Positions 1 to 9,372 of a stretch of DNA of 64,000 nucleotides are shown piece by piece. The stretch's first letter is position 1, and each line of letters begins with the position of its first letter. The notes beneath the pieces are model-generated. The model made no database searches and was not told where the DNA came from. It was given only the letters and a program-made list of their open reading frames with translations. Location of the stretch: NCBI GenBank assembly GCA_963851095.1, contig CAWKOX010000033.1, positions 179,312 to 243,311 of the forward strand, read 5' to 3'. This DNA comes from an uncultured Gammaproteobacteria bacterium (lineage in GTDB: Bacteria; Pseudomonadota; Gammaproteobacteria; Pseudomonadales; Oceanobacteraceae). A program made the position numbers and the translations under genes.

Positions 1-65
1 TTTTTAGCGCGCATTAGGCTGATTTTGTGTTGAACAAGAGGGTGTTTGATTTCAAATACTGACAT
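1..65 (-). CDS. upp: uracil phosphoribosyltransferase, 5' end only (gene runs off the window)
   Basis: The reverse complement of 1-65 starts with ATG (63-65) and reads MSVFEIKHPLVQHKISLMRAK. This closely resembles the conserved Upp N-terminus (..VKHPLV.HKL..MR..). It is absent from the ORF track because it is truncated by the window edge. Confidence 0.6.
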   Translation of the reverse strand, partial: MSVFEIKHPLVQHKISLMRAK

Positions 66-254
66 GTTTTTTGATCCGGCTAAATTTTTCTACATTTTCA
101 CACAAAATGACTGAAAAGTGAGGGCAATTCTGTAACTTTTTGTCCAAGCGGTCAGGTAAATGTGATTAATTTGCTCTGTATCTAGTGTGGTGAGAGCAGC
201 CATTTAATAGGATAGCTGATAAAATGGCTGAAATAGCTCAATTTAGGGATCATT

Positions 255-536
255 ATGCCTGTTGCCGGTGTACGTCACATACTTGTGAAAAGCAATGAAG
301 AAGCCAACCGTTTACGCGATCGAATCGTAAAAGGTGCTGATTTTGGAAAGCTAGCAAAGCAGTTTTCACTTTGCCCGTCGGGTAAAAAAGCGGGTGGTGA
401 TTTAGGAGAAGTACGCCCAGGTCAAATGGTGAAACCGTTTGATAAGGTGGTATTTAAAGGGGAACTGTTGAAAGTACATGGTCCAGTGAAAACCCAGTTT
501 GGGCTTCACTTGATTCAAGTTCTGTATCGGGCTTAA
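255..536 (+). CDS. ppiC: PpiC-type (parvulin) peptidyl-prolyl cis-trans isomerase
   Basis: 93 aa. Single-domain parvulin hallmarks: HILV near the N-terminus, [14 protein letters not shown], and FG.HLI near the C-terminus. Confidence 0.85.
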   Translation: MPVAGVRHILVKSNEEANRLRDRIVKGADFGKLAKQFSLCPSGKKAGGDLGEVRPGQMVKPFDKVVFKGELLKVHGPVKTQFGLHLIQVLYRA

Positions 537-604
537 CGTTGCTAAATATAAGCAAGCCCACCGTTAAGTCCAGTGGGCGAGTTTGACTCTAGAATATCTC
601 GCGA

Positions 605-1150
605 TTACCACATCAAATCATCAGGAATTTGATAATCCGCATACGGATCATCTTCTTCAACGTCTGGTGCTGTATTTTCTGCAATGTAGATAAAGCATTC
701 TTGGTCGCGCTGGCGAATTTTTTCTGCCACCCCTAAAGGAATAATCGCGAAAGTTTTATTGTCTTGTTCTGGGCTAGTAATGGCTAGTTTCCCACGGCTT
801 AGGCGATCTTGAATGTCTTCGTTTACGTAAACCTTTTTGATCTTGGTACCAGCGGTGAAGTTGTACACCAGGTCACCTTCAACTGAGATGGTATTCATTT
901 TAATCAGTTGCTTAATCTGGGCAATAATTGCCTTCGCATTCGCCGCCGCTTTTTTCTCGTCATTTAATACTTTGTCACGAGCCATTTTTTCTTGCTTAGC
1001 TTTGTCGGCTAGTACCTTGGCTTCGTCGACAATTTCGGCACCTTTACGGGCTTCTTTTACGTTTTTCTTTTTTTGTTTTTCAGCCTGTTTGGCTTTTTTC
1101 TTATCTGTTAGCCCCATGGCTAGCAGCTGTTCTTGTAATGTTTGTGCCAT
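605..1150 (-). CDS. DUF2058 / YaiL-like Lys-rich protein
   Basis: 181 aa. N-terminus is MAQTLQEQLL..GL followed by a long K/E/A-rich coiled segment and a C-terminus ending DDLMW, the typical YaiL-family layout. Confidence 0.6.
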   Translation of the reverse strand: MAQTLQEQLLAMGLTDKKKAKQAEKQKKKNVKEARKGAEIVDEAKVLADKAKQEKMARDKVLNDEKKAAANAKAIIAQIKQLIKMNTISVEGDLVYNFTAGTKIKKVYVNEDIQDRLSRGKLAITSPEQDNKTFAIIPLGVAEKIRQRDQECFIYIAENTAPDVEEDDPYADYQIPDDLMW

Positions 1151-1256
1151 TTTACTCTCATCGATTTTTTAAACATTAGGCTGCGGCTATTAATTTACGT
1201 TTCTGAATAGGCGTTTATTAATAGAAGGCAGCCTGAGATTAATAGTAATTCACAGT

Positions 1257-2639
1257 TTACAGGCGACGCACTCTAAAGCGACGGCCTTTCATGTTCTTTT
1301 CTTGAATCAGCTTTAACGCTATGCGCGCACTTGGGCGAGCAATGGCAACATAGGCCTGATTGGGGAACATGTTAATTTTGCCTACATCGCTACCCGGAAT
1401 GCCACCGTCAGCGGTTAATGCGCCTAAGATATCGCCTGGGCGTAACTTACTCTTTTTACCACCATCGATGCACAAGGTCACCATGTTTGGTTTCTTGGGC
1501 TCGTAAGGGCTTTTAACTTTTGAGATGTCACTGGTTTCATACTTGGTATTCATGTATTCATTAATTGCGAACATCTTCTTAACTTCGGAAGCCGCCATTA
1601 ACGAAAGGGCTAAACCTTCTTTACCCGCACGGCCTGTACGACCAATGCGGTGAACGTGAACTTCAGGATCGCGTGTTACGTCGTAGCTAATCACTAAATC
1701 AAGATCGTCGATATCCAAACCACGAGAAGCAACATCGGTAGCGATTAAAATAGACGCACTCTTGTTAGAGAAGCGAACCAATACTTGGTCACGTTCGCGT
1801 TGTTCCATTTCACCCACAAGGGCGAGGGCGTGATAACCGCGTTCGCGCAAAAATTCTAATACGTCGTAGCAGGCAATTTTTGTATTACAGAAGATCACTG
1901 TAGATTCTGCCGCTTTGCTACCTAGCAAGGTTAACAAGGCTTCGTCTTTATCTTTCATCTTCGGCACATCGTAAAAGCGTTGGGTAATCGTGCTTTTAGA
2001 TTGCTCGTCTTTGATGGTGATGGTTGTTGGCTCGTGCTGAAATTCTTTACTCAGCGCCTGAATACCTTCTGGATACGTTGCCGAGAACAGTAACATCTGG
2101 CGATCATACGGTGTAAAACTGATGATGTTAGTGATTTCATCGACAAACCCCATGTCCAGCATGCGATCGGCTTCATCCAATACTACGGTATTGACAGAAT
2201 TTAAGTCTAACGTGCCTTTGTTAATGTGGTCAGAAATACGCCCCGGAGTGCCTACAACAATGTGTGCGCCATGTTCCAAAGAACCAATTTGTGGGCCGAT
2301 AGATTGACCGCCACACAAGGTCAGAATTTTAATATTTTGCTGATATCGTGCTAGTTTGCGAATTTCATCGGCAACTTGCGTTGCTAGTTCGCGCGTCGGG
2401 CATAAGATCAGTGCCTGACAACCGAAATTTCTTTGGTTTAAACGCGTTAAAATACCAATACCAAAAGCCGCTGTTTTACCACTGCCGGTTTGTGCTTTTG
2501 CCAATACATCACCACCCTCGATAACAATCGGTAATGCTTGCGCTTGAATAGGGGTCATGTCTTTGTAACCCATCTGATCAAGGTTATCGATCATGCCTTG
2601 CGGTAACGCAAGAGAGGAAAAGTTGGCTGGTTGGCTCAA
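1257..2639 (-). CDS. dbpA: ATP-dependent DEAD-box RNA helicase DbpA
   Basis: 460 aa. Q-motif (TPIQ), Walker A AQTGSGKT, DEAD, SAT and HRIGRTGRAG motifs, plus the C-terminal DbpA RNA-binding extension (..GDILGAL..FRVRRL). Confidence 0.85.
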   Translation of the reverse strand: MSQPANFSSLALPQGMIDNLDQMGYKDMTPIQAQALPIVIEGGDVLAKAQTGSGKTAAFGIGILTRLNQRNFGCQALILCPTRELATQVADEIRKLARYQQNIKILTLCGGQSIGPQIGSLEHGAHIVVGTPGRISDHINKGTLDLNSVNTVVLDEADRMLDMGFVDEITNIISFTPYDRQMLLFSATYPEGIQALSKEFQHEPTTITIKDEQSKSTITQRFYDVPKMKDKDEALLTLLGSKAAESTVIFCNTKIACYDVLEFLRERGYHALALVGEMEQRERDQVLVRFSNKSASILIATDVASRGLDIDDLDLVISYDVTRDPEVHVHRIGRTGRAGKEGLALSLMAASEVKKMFAINEYMNTKYETSDISKVKSPYEPKKPNMVTLCIDGGKKSKLRPGDILGALTADGGIPGSDVGKINMFPNQAYVAIARPSARIALKLIQEKNMKGRRFRVRRL

Positions 2640-2831
2640 GGTGAAACTCCACTGAATGTGTAGGGGCTAGGCCTACTTTTGACTTATTGGCTAATTTAAG
2701 AAGCTGCAAAAGCGGCTGGAATAGCAGAAAAAATCTATTATATCAGAAGCTCATTAAGATGCGTCTATCTAAACGTCTTAATACGCTGAAGTTGTATCGG
2801 TTGTTTAAGTGGTAGTAGGTAAGAATATAAG

Positions 2832-2864
2832 AGAAAAACGGCTGACACAGGAAGGCCAGCCGTT
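2832..2864 (-). terminator. rho-independent terminator downstream of the hemolysin-III gene
   Basis: On the minus strand, aacggctg / cagccgtt form an 8-bp stem (2837-2844 with 2857-2864) followed by a T-run (A-run 2834-2838 on the plus strand). Confidence 0.6.
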
Positions 2865-2869
2865 AAGAA

Positions 2870-3580
2870 TTATAATAAATAATAAATGGCTATAAAGTGG
2901 CTAAACGCACCTGCCAGTACAAAAATATGCCAGATTTCATGGAAACCAAACGACTTTGGCCATGGATCAGGCCATTTGGTTGCATAAACGATTGCGCCTA
3001 CGGTATAGGCGATACCGCCATAGACTAACCAATCAAAAGAGACTTCAGGCATCACTTCTTTCATGGTTGTCAGGCCAAAAGCACTTGCCCAACCCATGCC
3101 TAAATAGATCAAGGTTGATAGCCAGCGAGGTGCGCCAATCCAGAATATTTTTAATAGAATGCCGGTGAACGCTAGGCCCCAAATTGCAACCAATAGTGTC
3201 CAGCCAAAGCTATCACGCAGGGCGATCATACAAATAGGTGTGTAAGTGCCCGCTATCATGGCAAAGATTGCCATGTGGTCAATGCGCTTTAGCTTAAGGA
3301 TTTTCTCATCACTGCCTTGGGCTAAATGATATACCGCGCTGCTGCCGAACATTAAAGTCATGCATACACCGAACACAGCAAAAGAGGTGAGCTGCCAAAT
3401 ATCACCGTGAAGGCTGGCCTGAACAACAAGAAAGCAGAGCACAGCAATGCCTACGAGTGCACCGAATAAATGACTAAAGCCACTAAAAGGATCACGAAAA
3501 CGATCACTAGAATGAGAGCCCGCCAATGGTGCGGCGGGTTGAGAGGTTGTCGAATTCGACATGTGTGTGTATCCATTCAT
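2870..3580 (-). CDS. hemolysin III / PAQR family membrane protein
   Basis: 236 aa, 7 predicted TM segments. Conserved DH..IF, family-typical His motifs and C-terminal HIFVL.G...H. Confidence 0.85.
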   Translation of the reverse strand: MNGYTHMSNSTTSQPAAPLAGSHSSDRFRDPFSGFSHLFGALVGIAVLCFLVVQASLHGDIWQLTSFAVFGVCMTLMFGSSAVYHLAQGSDEKILKLKRIDHMAIFAMIAGTYTPICMIALRDSFGWTLLVAIWGLAFTGILLKIFWIGAPRWLSTLIYLGMGWASAFGLTTMKEVMPEVSFDWLVYGGIAYTVGAIVYATKWPDPWPKSFGFHEIWHIFVLAGAFSHFIAIYYLL

Positions 3581-3658
3581 TAGAGGTTTTTCAGACAGTC
3601 TACACCTATTAAATACAAAATTAGTGATTTATAGGAAAGAGTGTGGTGCTATACGCCT

Positions 3659-3973
3659 ATGACGACTGTTACAACAACTAGCCCATCCAAACCTTGGTTT
3701 ATCTACCTTGTGCGCAATAATCGTAATGCCTTATATACCGGAATTACGACCGATGTTGAGCGCCGCTTTACTGAGCATCAAAGCAGCGGCCCCAAAGCGG
3801 CGAAAGCATTAAAAGGAAAAGGGCCATTGGTTCTGGAATTTAGCTATGCTGTTGAAAATCGAGTCATTGCGTCTCAGCTCGAATATCGGATAAAAAAGTT
3901 AACGAAAGCGAAAAAAGAGCAGCTCATTAATGACCCTGAATTGATCAGCGAATGGTGCTTGTTAATTCCTTAG
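3659..3973 (+). CDS. GIY-YIG nuclease-superfamily protein (YhbQ-like)
   Basis: [24 protein letters not shown] is the GIY-YIG core. I prefer the ATG at 3659 to the GTG at 3641. Confidence 0.75.
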   Translation: MTTVTTTSPSKPWFIYLVRNNRNALYTGITTDVERRFTEHQSSGPKAAKALKGKGPLVLEFSYAVENRVIASQLEYRIKKLTKAKKEQLINDPELISEWCLLIP

Positions 3974-4053
3974 GGACATTCCATTTTCATCACTTAATGT
4001 GTACTATCGTGCCTAACTATAAAAATAAAATAGATAAACTAAAGGTAAGCCTC

Positions 4054-6144
4054 ATGCGTTCATTCATGTTAGTTATCTTGGCGGTTACGACGCTTAGTGC
4101 GTGTGCAACTGTTAAAGATGTGACGGTTATTCAGCCGACCCCGATTCCTGTTGATGTTACGGGTATTGCTACTGCAGGAGCGATCTCGGTAGACATTACA
4201 CCGCCTCCCGGTATGCCAATGGGTGGTTATTCGGTAATGGCAAACTATGGCAAAGGTTTTCGTACGCGCTTAAAGGCTCGTATTGTTTATCTTAATGATG
4301 GTCAAGGGCACTCAACAGCGTTGGTGCAAACCGATTTAACCGCAGGTTCATTATTAGTACATCATCAAGTAGTCGCAGCGGTTGCCGAGAAAACAGGCTT
4401 ACAGGCCAGTGATATTGTGATTACGTCTTCACACAGCCACTCGGCTCCTGTGAATCACTTTGAAAATGATTTTTATAATAAACACATGTCGAGCGGCCAA
4501 GGTTTAGAAGAGAAGTTCTTGAACTTTGCTAGCCAGCGTATTGCAGATGGGATCTTGCAAGCGCATAAACATCGCCGCCCAGCAAAAGTTGCGACTGGCC
4601 GTAAAGATATTTATGGCTACAACCGTAACCGCTCATTAGATTCTTATGTTTTAAATGACAATGTTTCAGGGATTGACCTTGAAGATCCTACCGCCGTTTC
4701 AAAGGCGGTTAACCCAGCAATGTACATGATCCGTGTTGATGTTTTGGATACTCAGGGTGAATACAAACCATTAGCCGCTTTCTCAAGCTTTTCAGTACAC
4801 GCGACGGCATTGAGTGTTCCGGTAGAAGTGTATAACGCCGATTTATTCGCTTATGCACAGAAAGACTTAGAGTGGGCAATTGAGCGTAAATACAATACGT
4901 CTTGGAAAGTTGTTCATGGTTTAACGACGGGTACTCAGGGTGATATGGCGCCAGCATTACCGGACCATGGTGATAATACCTTCGGTCACTTTGAAGTAAA
5001 TTGGAAAGAAGCCAAAAAGCTAGGCCAAGGTATTGGTAAAGAAGCGATTGCCTTGTTTGAAGAGTTAGGTAGTCAGTTGACCAGTGATATATCGATTACT
5101 ACGGCGGCTCGTGAATTGAATATTCGTGAACATAATACCGTAGGGGATGTTGAGCTTTGTGAAGATCCGGCCATTGGTGCCCCCGTTGCAGCGGGTGCTT
5201 ATGAGCGTCGTACGCCATTCTTAGCGGCTATTCCATTTTTAAAAGGCGGTAATATCCTATCGCGCAGCTGGGTATTTACTGAAGGCTGCCAAGGTAATAA
5301 AACACATTTAGGATTTAAGTACTTACAGCCTTTATTAGAGCCAAAAGACAGCTTCCCTAATACGGTTTTGTTTCAGCTAATTAAGATCAACGATACAGTG
5401 GTTATGCCATTGCCGTTTGAGATCACCACAGAATCAGGCCGTCGTATGGCAGCCAGTGTTAGCCAGGCGTATCAGCAAGCTGGACAAGATATAAAGCATG
5501 CGTGGATTGCGGGTAATGCCAACGGTTATTTTGGTTATAGCACCACACCAGAAGAATATGCGCGTCAAAACTATGAAGGCGGGCATACGCTTTATGGTCA
5601 GTACACAACGCCTTATTTATCAGCGCAGTTAGGACGTCTAGCCAATGATATGATTGAAAAAGGGCCGTTCGTTGAACTTGCCGATGAATGGTCTTATGAC
5701 TTGGTTGTGAATGAATTCTTTCCAGAGACAGAAGCAAGCCAAGGTAAACGTGCCATTTTAGCCCAGCCAGAAGCCTATACCGCAGAAGCGGCGAATGAAG
5801 AGCATTATGTGTCGTTCAACTGGTTAGATGTGGGTGCGAGTGAAATTGAACTTCATAAATCTTTGGTGAAAGTAGAAACCTTAGCCAATGGTGAATGGAT
5901 CAACATGAGTAATGCTGGCGAGCCGATTACGGATGACGGTTATGATATTGAAGTGCGTCTTGTGGACGACGAAGATAAAGGCATGGGTGAGTATCAAACT
6001 CGCTGGTATAACCCGGTAGCGGGTGGTCAGTATCGCTTTGTGATTGCGCCGCGTGACGGGCAAGAACAGCTAATATCACCGGTATTTACGTTTGCTGCTG
6101 ATAAAAACGATATAACTGAAATGGCTGTTTCAATTGTTGAATAG
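4054..6144 (+). CDS. neutral/alkaline ceramidase family lipoprotein
   Basis: The ORF-track frame 3952-6144 has an internal ATG at 4054 giving MRSFMLVILAVTTLSAC (lipobox LSAC). GGYS....G...RL.AR and SSHSHSAP motifs match neutral ceramidase catalytic-domain signatures. A C-terminal beta-rich tail domain follows. Confidence 0.72.
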   Translation: MRSFMLVILAVTTLSACATVKDVTVIQPTPIPVDVTGIATAGAISVDITPPPGMPMGGYSVMANYGKGFRTRLKARIVYLNDGQGHSTALVQTDLTAGSLLVHHQVVAAVAEKTGLQASDIVITSSHSHSAPVNHFENDFYNKHMSSGQGLEEKFLNFASQRIADGILQAHKHRRPAKVATGRKDIYGYNRNRSLDSYVLNDNVSGIDLEDPTAVSKAVNPAMYMIRVDVLDTQGEYKPLAAFSSFSVHATALSVPVEVYNADLFAYAQKDLEWAIERKYNTSWKVVHGLTTGTQGDMAPALPDHGDNTFGHFEVNWKEAKKLGQGIGKEAIALFEELGSQLTSDISITTAARELNIREHNTVGDVELCEDPAIGAPVAAGAYERRTPFLAAIPFLKGGNILSRSWVFTEGCQGNKTHLGFKYLQPLLEPKDSFPNTVLFQLIKINDTVVMPLPFEITTESGRRMAASVSQAYQQAGQDIKHAWIAGNANGYFGYSTTPEEYARQNYEGGHTLYGQYTTPYLSAQLGRLANDMIEKGPFVELADEWSYDLVVNEFFPETEASQGKRAILAQPEAYTAEAANEEHYVSFNWLDVGASEIELHKSLVKVETLANGEWINMSNAGEPITDDGYDIEVRLVDDEDKGMGEYQTRWYNPVAGGQYRFVIAPRDGQEQLISPVFTFAADKNDITEMAVSIVE

Positions 6145-6167
6145 CACGTTGGGATAGATTGCTTGTT

Positions 6168-6220
6168 GAAGTAGAAGGAGTCTAGCGACAAAATGTTTGT
6201 CGCTAGACTCCTTCTACTTC
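6168..6220. repeat. perfect 25-bp inverted repeat (hairpin, 3-nt loop) between convergent genes
   Basis: gaagtagaaggagtctagcgacaaa (6168-6192) / atg / tttgtcgctagactccttctacttc (6196-6220) are exact reverse complements. There is no flanking T-run on either strand. Confidence 0.85.
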
Positions 6221-6277
6221 ATCGGTAAATCAAGGGCAAATCAGAGTGCCTGATTTACGACCCTTAATTCATTCGAA

Positions 6278-6793
6278 TTATTGATCTTCGCTTGGTCTTT
6301 CAAAGGTAGAAGGCTCTTCGGTATCAGTCGGCTTTGCTACATGATACTTAATCTGCAAACCTTGTAAGAAATTACGTAGGATTTGGTCTTTACAGATTCT
6401 GTAGTGCTTATGACCAGGACGGCGGAAGAACGCAGTCAGTTCTGGCTTACTAATGCGGAAATCTGCAAGTTCTAATACACTCAGCATATCTTCATCAACG
6501 TAATTTAACGCGATTCTTAGCTTACGCAAAATGATGTTATTGGTCATTTCTTTCTCGATCGGGGCAGGCTCGCCTTCTTTAACGCCACGACGATCATTGA
6601 TAAGACCATTCAAAAAAGTTGCCAAAAGATAATCTTTCAGACCTTTATAGTCATCATGGTCATCTCTTTTTAACCAGCAGCTAACCTGTTCACGAGTGAC
6701 GGTTTCACCTGCCAAGGCGAAAAGGCTGATCATTTTTGAATCGCTAAAGTCAAAGGTATAGCGAATGCGGCGTAATACATCGTTATTAGTCAC
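6278..6793 (-). CDS. DUF1456 (YehS-like) protein
   Basis: 171 aa with two tandem copies of the N.ILR..R.A.. motif (NDVLRRIRYTF / NIILRKLRIAL), characteristic of YehS-family proteins. Confidence 0.7.
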   Translation of the reverse strand: MTNNDVLRRIRYTFDFSDSKMISLFALAGETVTREQVSCWLKRDDHDDYKGLKDYLLATFLNGLINDRRGVKEGEPAPIEKEMTNNIILRKLRIALNYVDEDMLSVLELADFRISKPELTAFFRRPGHKHYRICKDQILRNFLQGLQIKYHVAKPTDTEEPSTFERPSEDQ

Positions 6794-6984
6794 GGGGTTA
6801 TTCTCAAGAAGTCATATATAGATGGTTAATAGGGTAATTCTAGCAGGTTTGGTATTTATTATTGAGGTAAATCTGTAACTCGCTCACCGAGGCACTAGAA
6901 TCAATCCGTGCTGGTTGATTCTAGTGATCTTTATTCATTTAGAGACTGATTCTAAGACTTATTCTAAGACCAGTGCATTCTAGG

Positions 6985-7668
6985 TCACACGACGTTATCA
7001 CCGACACTGTATGAAATGGTCTGGCTTATCTCCTGTAACGATAATCCACTTTCTTGCTGCATTTGATTAAAAAAATCTTGAGCGGCGTTCAAGGATTTTT
7101 TCGTTTGCAGGCCGCCATCAATAATTTCATTGGCACGTAAATACGCCTCAACATCTCGCGACAGTAAAAATGTATCTTTACCCAGCATACGCAGAGTATA
7201 AGCACCGGTATTGCCTCCTAAGCGAGCACCGTGCTTTTTAAGCCAAGCCCACAAGCCAATGATGTCATCCGTTGGCCATTCAGCGACTAGCTGGTGGAAC
7301 GGTTTACCTGCATCTTTCGCCGCGAAATGGATCATTGATGCGTTAGCGGGGATCGTTTTTACCTTGTTGTAATTTCTGACGATGCGCTCATCGGATGATT
7401 TTTCTTCAAGCATTTCAGGGGGCATCATCAATAATTTTTTGATATTGAAATCCCAGAAGACTTCACGAAAGCCAGGCCATTTTTTATCGATAACAGACCA
7501 GTAAAATCCACTTTGAAAAATTTTACGGGTAAATTCTTCTAACCACTCATCATCGGATATTTTCATCAGCTGCTTTGTGGTTAACGGCTTATGCACAATA
7601 GACGCTAGCGCTGCTTTGCCACCTTTACGCTTGGCTGCACGTTGTTGGATGTCGTAGAACGTTTCCAT
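6985..7668 (-). CDS. DNA-3-methyladenine glycosylase I (Tag)-like protein
   Basis: The layout resembles the Tag / adenine-glycosylase fold (helix-hairpin-helix core: F.SGF.W..I..KW..FRE.F..F..). The start is taken at the internal ATG (METFYDIQ..), because the upstream 26 codons are hydrophobic junk. Confidence 0.6.
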   Translation of the reverse strand: METFYDIQQRAAKRKGGKAALASIVHKPLTTKQLMKISDDEWLEEFTRKIFQSGFYWSVIDKKWPGFREVFWDFNIKKLLMMPPEMLEEKSSDERIVRNYNKVKTIPANASMIHFAAKDAGKPFHQLVAEWPTDDIIGLWAWLKKHGARLGGNTGAYTLRMLGKDTFLLSRDVEAYLRANEIIDGGLQTKKSLNAAQDFFNQMQQESGLSLQEISQTISYSVGDNVV

Positions 7669-7789
7669 GAGGTTTCCGGGATGAGAGTAGTGAACTAGGG
7701 ATGGGGGGAGTTTAATCGAATGGTGAAAAACTAAGACAAGATACAAGCATTCACCACGGAGTGCACTCCGTGGTGAATCGCTTTTGGTC

Positions 7790-8815
7790 TTAGTTGTTCG
7801 CGTGCAGCTCTTCGTTCAACTGAATCGCAGACTTGTTTGTCACACATTCAACTGCGCCAGAGATAGAGTTACGACGGAAAAGAAGATCCGACTTACCTGC
7901 TAAATCACGGCCTTTCACAGTTTCTACAACATTCTTAGCATCGTCTAAGACCAGAATCTTAGTACCGGCTGTAATGTACAAACCAGATTCGATGGTGCAA
8001 CGATCGCCCATTGGGATACCGGTACCGGCGTTAGCGCCTAATAAGCAGTTTTCGCCCACAGAAATAATGATGTTACCACCGCCAGAAAGCGTGCCCATAG
8101 TCGAGCAACCGCCGCCTAGGTCAGAACCGTTACCAACAACAACACCAGCAGAAATACGACCTTCAACCATAGAAACACCCAACGTTCCGGCGTTAAAGTT
8201 AACGAAGCCTTCGTGCATTACGGTTGTGCCTTCACCAATGTGTGCGCCTAAACGAACACGAGCGGTATGCGCAATACGAACGCCGCTTGGTACAACGTAG
8301 TCAGTCATGCGTGGGAATTTATCCACAGAATTGACGCTTAGTAGTTCGCCTTTTAAACGTGCTTGTAACTGTGCTTCTGGCAATTCAGCTAGGTCGATTG
8401 CGCCTAGGTTTGTCCAAGCAACGTTTGGTAATAGGCCAAACATACCATCTAGGTTAATGCCGTGTGGCTTAACTAAACGGTGAGATAATAAATGAAGCTT
8501 TAAATACACTTCAGGGGTAGAAGCCGACTGAGCATCAGATTCTAAAACCGTTACAACGACTGGCTTCTGACTTTCAGTACACGCGCGCGCTAGCTTAGCT
8601 TGTTCTGGTGCAACGGCTTCTAGTGCTGCTGCTAGGGCTTCTAGTTCACCGCCATCAACTTCAACAGCTTGGTTGCCACCTTCATAGCCGATAGCATCTT
8701 TTGCCGCAGCAATGATGTCAGCGCTTGGCTGAAAAAGAGGGGCTTGGTAATAAACTTCTAACCATTCGCCTTTTGCGTTTTTTGTGCCTAAGCCAATAGC
8801 AAATGCAGTGCTCAT
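7790..8815 (-). CDS. dapD: 2,3,4,5-tetrahydropyridine-2,6-dicarboxylate N-succinyltransferase (long form)
   Basis: 341 aa. C-terminal left-handed beta-helix hexapeptide repeats (..GA.IGEGT.V.....VN.NAGT.G..MVEGRIS.GVVVG..SD.GGG). Length matches the roughly 340-aa pseudomonad-type DapD. Confidence 0.9.
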   Translation of the reverse strand: MSTAFAIGLGTKNAKGEWLEVYYQAPLFQPSADIIAAAKDAIGYEGGNQAVEVDGGELEALAAALEAVAPEQAKLARACTESQKPVVVTVLESDAQSASTPEVYLKLHLLSHRLVKPHGINLDGMFGLLPNVAWTNLGAIDLAELPEAQLQARLKGELLSVNSVDKFPRMTDYVVPSGVRIAHTARVRLGAHIGEGTTVMHEGFVNFNAGTLGVSMVEGRISAGVVVGNGSDLGGGCSTMGTLSGGGNIIISVGENCLLGANAGTGIPMGDRCTIESGLYITAGTKILVLDDAKNVVETVKGRDLAGKSDLLFRRNSISGAVECVTNKSAIQLNEELHANN

Positions 8816-8874
8816 AATAAAATCCTTACTTTAAAAAGTGAATAAAAAGGGTGAATAAATAGAAAACAGGTTAA

Positions 8875-9225
8875 TTAGGAATTAACAAAATCCTGATAAT
8901 CTTCGGCTTTAAAGCCTAATAATTTGTTACTTGCATCATCTACCAATAATGGGCGTTTGATGATGGAAGTATTCTCTAACATGATCTCGATAGCAGACGC
9001 TTGGTCGATAGAGTCTTTAACGTCTTCAGGAAGCTTGCGCCAAGTGGTTCCGCGCTTATTAATTAATGCTTCCCAACCTAAGTCTGCGACCCAAGAATCT
9101 AGAGCTTCTGCAGTTAGCCCGTCTTTTTTATAATCGTGAAACTGGTAATCAATACCTTCCGCTTCTAGCCACTTGCGGGCTTTCTTAATGGTATCGCAGT
9201 TCTTAATGCCAAACATTGTGATCAT
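8875..9225 (-). CDS. ArsC/Spx-family reductase-like protein (YffB type)
   Basis: 116 aa. FGIKNCDT.KKARKWL....I.Y.FHDYKK.G and KRPLL are typical of YffB. Confidence 0.8.
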   Translation of the reverse strand: MITMFGIKNCDTIKKARKWLEAEGIDYQFHDYKKDGLTAEALDSWVADLGWEALINKRGTTWRKLPEDVKDSIDQASAIEIMLENTSIIKRPLLVDDASNKLLGFKAEDYQDFVNS

Positions 9226-9372
9226 AATTGCCCTTGTTGCGCCTGGTGAGCTGCTGGATATGAAAATTGGATCGGTATATTAACAAAATGTGATCTGTTT
9301 TTCACACATTGAGTATTGTGTTTACCCTATTAATGAAAATACACTAGCGTTATTATTGTTTTTATTCGTTAT

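Noticed and set aside
196-232. 9-bp stem hairpin (cagccattt ... aaatggctg) upstream of ppiC
   Set aside because: It is real as sequence, but short and AT-rich with a large loop, and it sits in a promoter region. There is insufficient evidence for a specific regulatory role.
837-1172. 111-aa plus-strand ORF
   Set aside because: It lies entirely antisense within the YaiL-like gene. Its low-complexity Ala/Ser/Phe-rich translation mirrors the Lys/Glu/Ala-rich sense frame. No SD or motif.
3952-4053. N-terminal 34-codon extension of the ceramidase ORF, overlapping the GIY-YIG gene end
   Set aside because: The extension has no signal-peptide character, whereas the ATG at 4054 yields a clean lipoprotein signal. 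The longer ORF is most likely just open frame upstream of the real start.
7833-8300. 155-aa plus-strand ORF inside dapD
   Set aside because: Antisense to the well-supported dapD hexapeptide-repeat region. The Pro/Thr-rich translation is a typical shadow ORF.
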